DNA of 35,526 bases from Actinomycetota bacterium (lineage in GTDB: Bacteria; Actinomycetota; UBA4738; HRBIN12), in the NCBI GenBank assembly GCA_046726095.1, contig JBKOZW010000024.1, forward strand, positions 1 to 35,526, given 5' to 3'. The translations under genes were made by a program, and so were the position numbers. Positions 1 to 7,518 of this stretch are shown here, piece after piece (within the stretch, counting starts at the first letter, position 1; each line of letters opens with the position of its first letter). The notes under the pieces are model-generated. The model had not been told where the DNA came from and did no database searches. It saw nothing but the letters and a program-made list of their open reading frames with translations.

Positions 1-647
1 TAGCCGTCGCCCACGTGCACGTGAACGGTGTCGATCGTCAGCTCGTGTCGGGCCGCGATCGCGACCGCCTCGTCCAGCTGTTCGGCGTAGATCCCGAACT
101 TGGTCGGGCGTTCGCCGGTGTAGTACGTGGCCGTCCCGCCCACATGCGAAGCCCCGATCCGCGGGTTCACCCGGAGACCCACCGACGACCCGGGAGCGCG
201 CCGGCCGAACCGCTCCAGCTGGCTGAGGAGGTCGACGTTCACGTGGACGCCGGCCTCCAAGATCGGGTCCAGGTCCCGGTCCGAGAGGTTCGTCCCGGTG
301 TAGCTGATCTCCTCCCGCCTCCAGCCATGACGGAGCGCCCAGTCGACCTCGCCGGGCGAACAGACATCGAGCCCGACCCACGGGCATCGCTCGCGGAGGA
401 AACGGAGGACGTCCGGCTCGCGCTGCGCCTTGAGCGCCAGCCGGACCAGGCCGCGGAGCTCCGCGCCGCTCAGCGCGTCGCGGAGCCCCGCGGCCTGCTC
501 CTCCACCCGGGTCAGGTCGTAGACGTAGGTCGGCGTGCCGTGCCGGCGCGCGAGCTCCTCGGCGTCGCGGCCAGCGATCCTCAAACGGCCGTCGCGAACG
601 TCCAAGCCAGCACGTGACCACCAGGTGCGAGCCAGCTCGGCGACCAT
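1..647 (-). CDS. lysA: PLP-dependent decarboxylase of the Orn/DAP/Arg decarboxylase family 2 (diaminopimelate decarboxylase-like). N-terminal 215 codons only; the 3' end lies beyond the window start.
   Basis: Own minus-strand translation from ATG 647..645: MVAELARTWWSRAGLDVRDGRLRIAGRDAEELARRHGTPTYVYDL...RLALKAQREP...GLDVCSPGEVDWAL...VGLRVNPRIGA...TGERPTKFGIY...TVHVHVGDG. This matches the alanine-racemase-like barrel motifs (A-x-K-A PLP lysine, S-x-GE, R-x-NP, KFG). It is absent from the ORF track because there is no stop in the window. The + ORF 15..617 is its R/P-rich shadow. Confidence 0.7.
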   Translation of the reverse strand, partial: MVAELARTWWSRAGLDVRDGRLRIAGRDAEELARRHGTPTYVYDLTRVEEQAAGLRDALSGAELRGLVRLALKAQREPDVLRFLRERCPWVGLDVCSPGEVDWALRHGWRREEISYTGTNLSDRDLDPILEAGVHVNVDLLSQLERFGRRAPGSSVGLRVNPRIGASHVGGTATYYTGERPTKFGIYAEQLDEAVAIAARHELTIDTVHVHVGDG

Positions 648-669
648 CCGCCGCAGCGTACCCGGCTCG

Positions 670-1098
670 TCAGTTCGCGTTCGTGGGGGAGGGTGACCCG
701 GCGTCGGCGGCCATCGAGTCGCGGAGGGCCATGAGCGACGCGACGATCCCGAGCACGCCGCCGATCGAGGAGACCCACAGTCCGAGCTCCACGGTCGCGC
801 CCGTCTCCACGTCGTCGGTTCGCAAGACCCCCCAGACGCACGCGAGGCTGAGGACGACGGCGCAGACCGTCATCAGCGTTCCCATCGCACGACGGATCGT
901 GGGATCGGACATCAGGACGTAAGCAACGCCGAACGCGAACAGGCCGATCGCCATCGCGAGCGCGAGCCGCCCGGAGATGTCGGCGATGCCGTGGTACAGA
1001 GTGGTATCGCTCGACCACCAGTCCGAGTAGATGCCGAGCAACGCGACGATGCCGGCCACGGCACCGCCGATGCCGGCGTAATTCAGCTTGCGGCCCAT
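670..1098 (-). CDS. Small integral membrane protein (142 aa, about 4 TM helices), family unknown
   Basis: Last 142 codons of ORF 670..1521. ATG at 1098 has GGAGGGG (1114..1108) 9 nt upstream. Hydrophobic helices: GIGGAVAGIVALLGIY, LALAMAIGLFAFGVAYVLM, LMTVCAVVLSLACVWGVL, LGLWVSSIGGVLGIVASLMAL. The part of the ORF upstream of 1098 is R-rich and looks non-coding. Confidence 0.7.
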   Translation of the reverse strand: MGRKLNYAGIGGAVAGIVALLGIYSDWWSSDTTLYHGIADISGRLALAMAIGLFAFGVAYVLMSDPTIRRAMGTLMTVCAVVLSLACVWGVLRTDDVETGATVELGLWVSSIGGVLGIVASLMALRDSMAADAGSPSPTNAN

Positions 1099-1419
1099 CG
1101 AAGCATTCCCCTCCGTCGGCTGGAAACGTCGCGATGCTCCCCCGGCGGGCGCCCCCGTGCAACGACCGACCGGATCACACGTCGGACGAACGATCCGCTT
1201 CGGACCATCCGACCTCGTATCCCTCGAGGGATGGCATGCTCCGCGCATCTTGCGCGCCACCCCCCGGATCTCGTGACGCCATGAACGGTTCCTGGATCGG
1301 AGCCTCGGCCCGAGCGGCCCGCGGGCCGCCGTTCGCCGGTGCCGTCGCATGCACCGCCGGGGTGGCCGCAACGGCCCCCCCTTGTACGAACAACCCCCCG
1401 AGTACGAGGAGAGGACCCG

Positions 1420-1629
1420 ATGATCCGACGACTTCTGATCGCGGCCGGTGCCGCGACGTTCTTCACCGACGAGAGCGATGCGGTCGCCAAACCGGAGCCG
1501 ACCAGGAGGGATCCCGGTCACGCGCAGTCATGGGGCCAGATCCCGAAAGAGGAGCGTGACGTGCTGACCACGGAGGGGTTGCAGCCCGGCACCTCGTGCA
1601 ACCCGAACAGGAGCGGCGGCGGGGTCTGA
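1420..1629 (+). CDS. Hypothetical 69-aa protein (MIRRLLIAAGAATFF... weak signal-like N-terminus)
   Basis: ATG 1420 is preceded by AGGAGAGGA (1407..1415). My hand count gives 58/69 codons ending in G/C, which is coding-like for this genome. Two hairpins follow the stop. An overlapping alternative frame (ATG 1281, MNGSWIGAS...) also has high GC3, so the call is tentative. Confidence 0.4.
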   Translation: MIRRLLIAAGAATFFTDESDAVAKPEPTRRDPGHAQSWGQIPKEERDVLTTEGLQPGTSCNPNRSGGGV

Positions 1630-1643
1630 CGCCGCAAAATCAA

Positions 1644-1667
1644 GGAGCCGGCTGACGCGTCGGCTCC
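1644..1667 (+). terminator. Hairpin GGAGCCG-N10-CGGCTCC, 15 nt after the mini-ORF stop
   Basis: 7-bp perfect inverted repeat read directly from the sequence, followed by CATTCTCAT. There is no clean U-tract. Confidence 0.3.
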
Positions 1668-1683
1668 CATTCTCATAACCGGG

Positions 1684-1713
1684 GGGCCGATCCGCTTCCG
1701 CGCGGATCGGCCC
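1684..1713 (+). terminator. Strong GC hairpin (12-bp stem GGGCCGATCCGC / GCGGATCGGCCC, 6-nt loop)
   Basis: Perfect inverted repeat 1684..1695 / 1702..1713. No U-tract, which is common for actinobacterial intrinsic terminators. It lies between the mini-ORF and the sigma-factor gene. Confidence 0.4.
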
Positions 1714-1752
1714 GCCAGGCTCACTTTCCTGCCCTTCCGTGCCTCTGTCAGG

Positions 1753-2220
1753 GTGGGGCGATTGGACGGTGACCACGACTTCGACGCCATCTGGCGAGAT
1801 GAAGGGGCTCGTCTCTGGCGAGCGGTGCTCGTGTACAGCGGCGGTCGCCGCGAGATCGCCGACGACGCCGTGGCGGAAGCGTTCGCGAGAACGATCGAGC
1901 GCGGCACCGACGTGCGCGAGCCGGTCGCGTACCTGTATCGACTGGCGTTCCGGATCGCCGCGGCGGATCTCAAGCGGCTGGCCACTCTTGGGCCGGAAGA
2001 GGACCGCGAGGTGACGGACGTGATCGACGACGTCGATCTCATGCGATCGCTACGACGATTGACCCCGGATCAACGCGCGGCCGTCTTCCTCCATTATCGG
2101 GCGGATCTGTCGGTCGCGAGGATCGCCGAGCTTCTGGGCACTTCGAACGCCGCCGTGCGCGTTCGACTGATGAAGGCGCGTCGACGGCTCGCCGACCTCC
2201 TCGACGAGGAAGATCGCTGA
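1753..2220 (+). CDS. ECF-type RNA polymerase sigma-70 family factor (155 aa)
   Basis: Region 2-like segment: LWRAVLVYSGGRREIADDAVAEAFARTIE...VAYLYRLAFRIAA. Region 4 HTH: LTPDQRAAVFLHYRADLSVARIAELLGTSNAAVRVRLMKARRRL. GTG start taken from the ORF track; the exact start is uncertain. Confidence 0.85.
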   Translation: MGRLDGDHDFDAIWRDEGARLWRAVLVYSGGRREIADDAVAEAFARTIERGTDVREPVAYLYRLAFRIAAADLKRLATLGPEEDREVTDVIDDVDLMRSLRRLTPDQRAAVFLHYRADLSVARIAELLGTSNAAVRVRLMKARRRLADLLDEEDR

Positions 2221-4022
2221 TGTCGCTACGAGAACGGCTTGAGGCGTTCGACCGGCTTTCCCCGGACGACTCCCTGTACCGGCGAGCGCTGGGAGGACCC
2301 CGAAGGGGCGCGCCGCGGCTCGTGGATCCGGCGCGCTCCCGGTTCGTCACTGGCGCCGTTGCCGTCAGTGTCTTCGTGGCCGCCGGGGTCTTCGCTTGGA
2401 ACGCGCTCGGCGGGTCGGACACGACAGCCCCCAACGAGACGCGCCCCGCGGTCGCAAGCTTCGGCCAAGACGGATCCGTGCTGTGGCCGGAACGGACGGC
2501 GACCGAGTTGACGAGGTTGCAGGCGCAGCTGGACGACGGTCGGGGACCAGATCGCTGGCTCCTCGACCAGGGAAGGGTCGTGGAGACGTTCGCGGATCGT
2601 GTGCTCGGATGGCCGACGGGGAGCTACTCGGTGATCGTCGATCCTTCAGGTGACTCGCAGCAACTGGCCACACTGACGAGAGACAGCGCATCATGCACGA
2701 GTCTGAGCGACATCAACGACCTGCCACCCTGCTACTCAGGATCCGAACAGATCAGGATCGGCCAGCCGGTTCGATCCGGAGAAGGGGGCATCTGGGCGGT
2801 GGTCGACGTTCGTGCTCCGACGCTCAGCCTCGACGTCAGCGCGGGCCAGATCGTTCCGAACGGTGGCTCGGTCGCCGTTTCGTCGACGGCCTCGGACCCG
2901 GTGCGGACGGTCGTGGGAAGCGTCATCGGTGATTGGAGCGGCGGCAGGAACTGCGGAACGCACTCGGGACAAGGGCTGCTCCGCGATCCCCAAGGCTCGA
3001 TCGAGGTCTCGATCGCTCCAGACCGACAGGCGGGAACAGACTGCGGTCAAGTAGCCCCCGGATATGCGTGGGCGGCCTCGGCGAGTTGGCATGCCTATGC
3101 CGGCGTGAACCCTATGAACGGCGATTCCACGCCGTACACGGCCGTCACCGCCGTCCCCATCGTCGTTTCGATCCCGGAGAACATGAGCGCACCGAACACC
3201 ACCACGTACACGGACCCGTTCGGGTGGCGGGTCGATGTCCCGCAGAGCTGGTTCGTCACGACGGTCAACACCCAGGGCAGGGTCTCGATCGAAGGGGCCG
3301 AGTTCTCGAACTTCGCCGTCGGAGCGTCCGCGTCACCGGCCGGGAGCGATGGCCTGCAGAGCTCGCACGGAGTCTTTCCAGCGAACGGGATCGTCGTCTC
3401 GATCACCCACCGAGAAGGTGGTCCTGCTCCGGATCTGCTCAGCGATGACTCGAAGCTCCCAGTCACCCTTGGTGATCTCGGATGCGCCGTCCAAACAGAG
3501 GTCGCGTGCGAGGACACCATCCGCGCGAACGGGCTCGTCTACACGGTATCCGTCCGCCGGGGAGCAGATGTGTCAGCCGATGACCTCGATCGCACCGAGG
3601 CGTTGGTTGCCTCGCTCGGGTTCCCTTCAGTGCCGAGTGGCAAAGAGGCACACGGCTGGATCTCGCTCGGCCGATCGGGTCTGTATCCGGATGGCCGCGG
3701 AACGTCGACGTGGGTCGACGGTCGCCTCGGCGTTGCATACGTGATGCGCGGTCCGAGGGGCATCTACGCCCTCGATCTCGACCCCGAAGGCTGCGGTGAA
3801 GGCGAGAACGAAACGTGGGACGACAGGACTTTGCAGATCTGGATCCAATGTCCGTGGTCAGGTGACGTTCGATACGATCGCTTCGGCGAACCAGACCCCC
3901 GGAACGACTCCGCCTTCTCTACGCCACTGGACGCCTATCCGGTGATCACAGCGTGGGACGGCTCCCTCTTGATCCACGCCATGGCATCCATCGACGGACT
4001 GCCGCAACAGATATGGCCGTAG
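2220..4022 (+). CDS. Single-pass membrane protein with a large (about 530 aa) extracytoplasmic region. Candidate cognate anti-sigma/sensor partner of the ECF sigma.
   Basis: ATG overlaps the sigma stop (TGATG). About 45 cytoplasmic residues precede one TM helix (FVTGAVAVSVFVAAGVFAWNAL), followed by a Cys-containing S/T/G/V-rich domain. The amino-acid composition is coding-like. I recognise no ZAS HxxxCxxC motif or other named domain. Confidence 0.7.
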   Translation: MSLRERLEAFDRLSPDDSLYRRALGGPRRGAPRLVDPARSRFVTGAVAVSVFVAAGVFAWNALGGSDTTAPNETRPAVASFGQDGSVLWPERTATELTRLQAQLDDGRGPDRWLLDQGRVVETFADRVLGWPTGSYSVIVDPSGDSQQLATLTRDSASCTSLSDINDLPPCYSGSEQIRIGQPVRSGEGGIWAVVDVRAPTLSLDVSAGQIVPNGGSVAVSSTASDPVRTVVGSVIGDWSGGRNCGTHSGQGLLRDPQGSIEVSIAPDRQAGTDCGQVAPGYAWAASASWHAYAGVNPMNGDSTPYTAVTAVPIVVSIPENMSAPNTTTYTDPFGWRVDVPQSWFVTTVNTQGRVSIEGAEFSNFAVGASASPAGSDGLQSSHGVFPANGIVVSITHREGGPAPDLLSDDSKLPVTLGDLGCAVQTEVACEDTIRANGLVYTVSVRRGADVSADDLDRTEALVASLGFPSVPSGKEAHGWISLGRSGLYPDGRGTSTWVDGRLGVAYVMRGPRGIYALDLDPEGCGEGENETWDDRTLQIWIQCPWSGDVRYDRFGEPDPRNDSAFSTPLDAYPVITAWDGSLLIHAMASIDGLPQQIWP

Positions 4023-4234
4023 CGACGGCGAGGTCGCATATGTCCTCTCACGCTGACGGACTCCTTTCTCATACGGACCCCACATCCTTCTGCGTCACGG
4101 ATGAGCGCTCCGGGGGATTGGCGTCGGCGCCCGCTCTGGTGCTGACCCACAACTCACCTTCACGCTCACGATGCTGGCACCCCCAAGCGCGAGCGGTTGG
4201 GTTCACCAGGGTGATCATCGGCTCTTCGATCGGG

Positions 4235-4308
4235 TGGAGGTGATCGGATTTGAACCGACGACCCCTGCGTTGCGAACGCAGTGCTCTACCGGGCTGAGCT
4301 ACACCCCC
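4235..4308 (-). tRNA. tRNA-Ala (anticodon CGC)
   Basis: Minus strand reads GGGGGTG TA GCTC AGCCCGGTA GAGC A CTGCG TTCGCAA CGCAG GGGTC GTCGG TTCAAAT CCGAT CACCTCC A. Cloverleaf features: 7-bp acceptor stem with the G3:U70 alanine identity pair, anticodon loop TT-CGC-AA, T-loop GGTTCAAATCC, discriminator A. The 3' CCA is not fully encoded (ACCC). Confidence 0.95.
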
Positions 4309-4343
4309 GTGATCCGAGAAGGCAGCGTAGCAGAGGGGTCGGA

Positions 4344-4361
4344 CCGGCCGGCTCAGGCCGG
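4344..4361. terminator. Short GC hairpin CCGGCC-N6-GGCCGG spanning the translin stop codon
   Basis: 6-bp perfect inverted repeat, symmetric on both strands, lying between the translin gene and tRNA-Ala. No U-tract. Confidence 0.25.
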
Positions 4362-4991
4362 ATGAGACCGGAGCGCCTCGGCGTGCCGTTCCAGCGCGTC
4401 GTGCAGATCCCGCTGGACGAACGCGATGGACAGATCTCCTCGCGTCTTCTCGATCAGGGACCGGGCGACGTCCGTCGACCGCCGGAGGTTCATCGTGATC
4501 GCGTCCGGGTAGTCCATCGTGACGAGCACGCCGTACATGTCCTCCATCGCGTCCAGCGTTGTCTCGGCCCGCGCGACGTCGCCGGTCCGGAGCAGGTCCA
4601 GGATGTGCCGCCGGCCCTCGCCGATCGCCTCGGCGAGCCCGTTCAGGTAGGGCGCGTCGCCGACCCCGAGCGTGTCGGGAAGAGGCAGCTCCTCACCGGC
4701 GACGAGCGCGCGCGTCAGGTTCGCCTCCGCGTACTCCTTCTCAGCGTCAAGGAGGTAGCCGGCGAAGCGGACGTCGGGGTGGTCGGTCACGCCTCCCATC
4801 CCCTCGTCGAGCGCGGCACGCGACTCGGCGATCAGGGATCGTGCGGTCTCGAACTCGCCTCGATGCACGGCGCGGATCGCGTTCGCGGAGGCTCGGATCG
4901 ATCGCCGGGCTGCTGGGAGTGCGCGTTCGCGTGCCGAGGTCTTGGCGTCGAAGCGTTCGTGGAGCGCGTCGGAGAGGGCGTCCAGATCCAC
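4353..4991 (-). CDS. Translin-family protein (COG2178-like predicted nucleic-acid-binding protein)
   Basis: The 212-aa helical protein contains FAGYLLDAEKEYAEANL...APYLNGLAEAIGEGRRHILDLLRTGDVARAETTLDAMEDMYGVLVTMDYPDAITMNLRRSTDVARSLIEKTRGDL. This matches the archaeal/bacterial translin consensus as I remember it (YLLGLADxxGELRR...LRRKxDVxRxxxExTRGDL). The GTG start at 4991 lies 5 nt after the upstream gene's stop. Confidence 0.75.
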   Translation of the reverse strand: MDLDALSDALHERFDAKTSARERALPAARRSIRASANAIRAVHRGEFETARSLIAESRAALDEGMGGVTDHPDVRFAGYLLDAEKEYAEANLTRALVAGEELPLPDTLGVGDAPYLNGLAEAIGEGRRHILDLLRTGDVARAETTLDAMEDMYGVLVTMDYPDAITMNLRRSTDVARSLIEKTRGDLSIAFVQRDLHDALERHAEALRSHPA

Positions 4992-4996
4992 GCCGG

Positions 4997-5563
4997 TCAG
5001 ACGCCGACCGACGACACTTCGCGGACCACGACGTGGACGGGCTCATCTTCGAACATGTTGAACGAGCCTTCGTCGGCAGCCGGCTCGGGAGCGGCCAGGT
5101 CGACGAACCGCGGGATCGCGATGGGCTCCGCCTGAACGTTCGGGATGGGAAGCACCGGTCGGCGCTCGTGCACGGCTCGGCCCTTCATGGACAGGAGGCC
5201 CCACACGTACACCAGGAGCACCCCACCGAGGCCCGCCGTGACGTACCAGACCTGGCGCAGCGGCGGGACGAGTCCCATCAAGAAGGAGAGCGCGATCAAC
5301 TCGAGGAGAGCGACGAAGATCTTGCGGCGGCGATCGCGGGCACGGGCGCGGCGGCGATCCTCCGGACCGAGGAACCGAACGCCTTTGCGCGGGGTCACGA
5401 TCCAGCGACCGGTCGTCCCGTGCACCTCAGCGTTGGCCAACAGTTCCATCCTGTGCTCGAAATCGTTCACCGACCGCGACTCGGAGCTGGGCCTCCGACG
5501 ACCCCACGGCACCAAGAACGCGGCCCACATGATGCCTAACGCGGCGAGGACCATCCACTCCAC
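4997..5563 (-). CDS. Three-TM membrane protein resembling the actinobacterial divisome proteins GlpR/SepX (Rv0996-like)
   Basis: Only the C-terminal part of ORF 4997..6094 looks coding: (VEW)MVLAALGIMWAAFLVPWGRRRPSSESRSVNDFEHRMELLA, then an R-rich linker, then two further TM helices (IFVALLELIALSFLMGLV, VWYVTAGLGGVLLVYVWGLL) and an acidic tail. GTG 5563 sits 7 nt after AGGAGA (5576..5571); ATG 5554 is the alternative start. Its position after moeA/galU matches the glp-glpR synteny. Confidence 0.6.
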   Translation of the reverse strand: MEWMVLAALGIMWAAFLVPWGRRRPSSESRSVNDFEHRMELLANAEVHGTTGRWIVTPRKGVRFLGPEDRRRARARDRRRKIFVALLELIALSFLMGLVPPLRQVWYVTAGLGGVLLVYVWGLLSMKGRAVHERRPVLPIPNVQAEPIAIPRFVDLAAPEPAADEGSFNMFEDEPVHVVVREVSSVGV

Positions 5564-5712
5564 GTCCCAGTCTCCTGCTTGGCGGACCCCGGATCCGGCA
5601 CTACATCTGGGCTGGGACGGGACCGTAGCACCACATCTAGTGCTCGGAAAGCACATCCATGTGATTCGGTTCACCCGTCCTTCGCTGGCCGGTCGCGGGC
5701 CGTTCGCCGGTG

Positions 5713-6183
5713 TCAGGCCTGGGCGCGATAGTCGCCGGACTTCCCGCCCGACTTGGAGAGCAGCCGGACCCCGTCGATCCGCGCGGCGCGGTCGAAGGCC
5801 TTCGCGGTGTCGTAGAGCGACAGCGCCGCAACGCTCGCACCGGTGAGCGCCTCCATCTCGACGCCGGTCCGGTCGAACGCGCGGACGGTCACGGCCACCC
5901 GGATCTTGCCGGCGGGCTGGTCGGGTTCGACGACCACCTCGGCGCCGGTGATCCGGAGGGGGTGGCAGTGCGGGAGCAGGTCGGGCGTCCGCTTGACGCC
6001 CATCATCCCTGCGACCTTGGCGGTCTCGAGCGGTGAGCCCTTCGTGGTCCCGGCGACGAGCTCCGCGACGGCCTCGGGGATGGTCACGAGCCACGCCTCG
6101 GCGACGGCTTCGCGCGCCGTCTCCGGCTTGGCGCCGACCTCGACGATCCGCGTGACGCCGTCGGCGCCGATCTGGTCCGACAC
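5713..6183 (-). CDS. moaC: Cyclic pyranopterin monophosphate synthase MoaC
   Basis: Motifs KGSPLETAKVAGMMGVKRTPDLLPHCHPL, TGVEMEALTGASVAALSLYDTAKA and SKSGGKSGDY are MoaC hallmarks. The start lies 3 nt after the moeA stop. Confidence 0.92.
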   Translation of the reverse strand: MSDQIGADGVTRIVEVGAKPETAREAVAEAWLVTIPEAVAELVAGTTKGSPLETAKVAGMMGVKRTPDLLPHCHPLRITGAEVVVEPDQPAGKIRVAVTVRAFDRTGVEMEALTGASVAALSLYDTAKAFDRAARIDGVRLLSKSGGKSGDYRAQA

Positions 6184-6186
6184 GGA

Positions 6187-7449
6187 TCAGTCCTCGGAGG
6201 ACCGGAAGAGCCGGACGCGCACCCGCTCGCCCGACCTCGCGCGCTCGACGCCGGGGGCGAGGAACGCGAGCCCGTTCGCGCGCGCGACGGTCGCGATCAG
6301 GTTGGAGCCGCGGCCACCCGCCGGGGTCGCCTTCCAGCCGTCGGGGCCGCGCGAGACCTCGACGCGGGCGAACACGCTCTTGTCCTTGGGCCCGCCGATC
6401 TCGCCGGCGAGCGTCGCGGTGATCTCGGGGCGGTTCAGGTTGCTGCGCCCCATCATCTTCAGGATCGCCGGCCGGACGAACATCTCGAAGCTCACGAAGA
6501 CGCTCACCGGGTTCCCGGGGAGGCCGAAGAAAGGCTTGCCCTCGACGAACCCGAACCCCTGCGGCATCCCAGGCTGCAACGCCACCTTGTAGAAATCGAT
6601 GTCGCCTCGTTTGAAGAACGCCTTCTTGACGACGTCGCGCTCCCCGACCGAGACGCCGCCGGAGGAGACGAAGGCGTCCGCCTGGATCTCGAAGTTGAAC
6701 ACGGTGTCCTTGAGGGAGTCGGGATCGTCCTTGACGATCCCGGCGAGGACCGGGATCGCTCCGGACTCACGGAGCGATCCGAAGATCGTGTACGCGTTGG
6801 AGTCGCGCACCTGACCGAAGTGCGGGTGCTCGGTCGGCGGGATGAGCTCGTCGCCGGTCGAGAGCACGATCACGCGCGGCCGCGGATGCACGAGCGGGTG
6901 CGGCACGCCGGCGTTCGCGAGCAGTCCGAGCTCCCCCGCGCTGAGGCGCTTGCCCGCCGGGACGAGGACATCGCCCTCGTGGACGTCCTCGCCGCGCGGC
7001 CGAACGTGCCGGCCCTCCGCGACGGCCTCGAAGACCCGCACCAGGTCGTGATCGCGTGCGTCGGTGTTCTCCTTGGGGACGACGGCGTCGGCGCCGGCCG
7101 GGATGGGCGCGCCCGTCGCGATCGCGACGGCCTCGCCCATCCCGACCGTCGCCTCCGGCCGCTGCCCGATCAACGCGTTCCCGACGACCTTGAGCTCGGT
7201 CGGGTTCGCGGGCGTGGCTCCGACGATGTCGGAGGCACGCACCGCGAACCCGTCCATCGCCGACGACGCGAACTCGGGCAGGTCCACCCTGGAGACGATG
7301 TCGGCCGCCGCCACGCAGCCGTACGCGTCGGTGAGCGGCAGCTCGATCGGCGGAAGCGGTTCGATCCGGGACAGCACGCGCTCCCGCGCCTCTTCGAGGG
7401 AGATCAGGCCCTCGGCGGAATCGTGATCGTGGACGTGCCGCTCGGCCAT
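6187..7449 (-). CDS. moeA: MoeA-family molybdopterin molybdenumtransferase / gephyrin-like protein (possible Glp)
   Basis: 420 aa with SAMDGFAVRASD, VLSTGDELIPP, SGGVSVGERDVVK and LPGNPVSVFVSFEMFVRP, which are typical MoeA/gephyrin E-domain motifs. Confidence 0.9.
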   Translation of the reverse strand: MAERHVHDHDSAEGLISLEEARERVLSRIEPLPPIELPLTDAYGCVAAADIVSRVDLPEFASSAMDGFAVRASDIVGATPANPTELKVVGNALIGQRPEATVGMGEAVAIATGAPIPAGADAVVPKENTDARDHDLVRVFEAVAEGRHVRPRGEDVHEGDVLVPAGKRLSAGELGLLANAGVPHPLVHPRPRVIVLSTGDELIPPTEHPHFGQVRDSNAYTIFGSLRESGAIPVLAGIVKDDPDSLKDTVFNFEIQADAFVSSGGVSVGERDVVKKAFFKRGDIDFYKVALQPGMPQGFGFVEGKPFFGLPGNPVSVFVSFEMFVRPAILKMMGRSNLNRPEITATLAGEIGGPKDKSVFARVEVSRGPDGWKATPAGGRGSNLIATVARANGLAFLAPGVERARSGERVRVRLFRSSED

Positions 7450-7455
7450 CCCGGG

Positions 7456-7461
7456 AGTGTA
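7456..7461 (-). promoter_or_regulatory. -10-like TACACT, 6 nt before the moeA ATG (7449)
   Basis: Minus strand reads TACACT-CCCGGG-ATG; no SD present. Confidence 0.4.
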
Positions 7462-7518
7462 CTCAGGCGTTCGGCGGGATCTGTTCGGCGGGACCCGTTC
7501 GGCCGAACCCGCGACGAC

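Noticed and set aside
15-617. 200-aa + strand ORF at the window start
   Set aside because: It has R/P/D-rich composition typical of an antisense shadow. The minus strand translates into a clean DAP-decarboxylase-like N-terminus with family motifs.
1134-1559. 141-aa + ORF (internal MNGSWIGAS...AVAC lipobox-like) in the 1099..1752 gap
   Set aside because: GC3 is fairly high, but there is no hydrophobic signal core, no SD or promoter-like hexamer at the ATG at 1281, and the distal half is R/D/G-rich. I kept only the SD-led 1420..1629 ORF, and that at low confidence.
4023-4352. Lower-GC 210-nt spacer next to tRNA-Ala as a possible integration scar or genomic-island border
   Set aside because: I could find no integrase, no direct repeat of the tRNA 3' end and no foreign-looking genes on either side. 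Reduced GC is normal for intergenic DNA here. An sRNA cannot be excluded, but nothing specific supports one.
4559-5539. Long R-rich ORFs on the opposite strand or in the wrong frame of real genes (for example 4559..5539+, 10150..11412-, 14444..15901-, 14647..16236+, 17984..19030+ part, 23555..25222-, 26393..28081-, 32104..33993-, 34530..35513-)
   Set aside because: Extreme Arg/Pro/Gly/Asp content, no recognisable motifs, and each fully overlaps a gene with clear family signatures. They are the expected stop-codon-poor shadow frames of a high-GC genome.
5564-7518. A molybdenum-cofactor riboswitch associated with moaC/moeA
   Set aside because: The only sizeable spacers are downstream of moaC (5564..5712) and a 69-nt gap before moeA that ends in a leaderless-type promoter. 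Neither has room or the recognisable conserved Moco-riboswitch features, as far as I can judge by eye.
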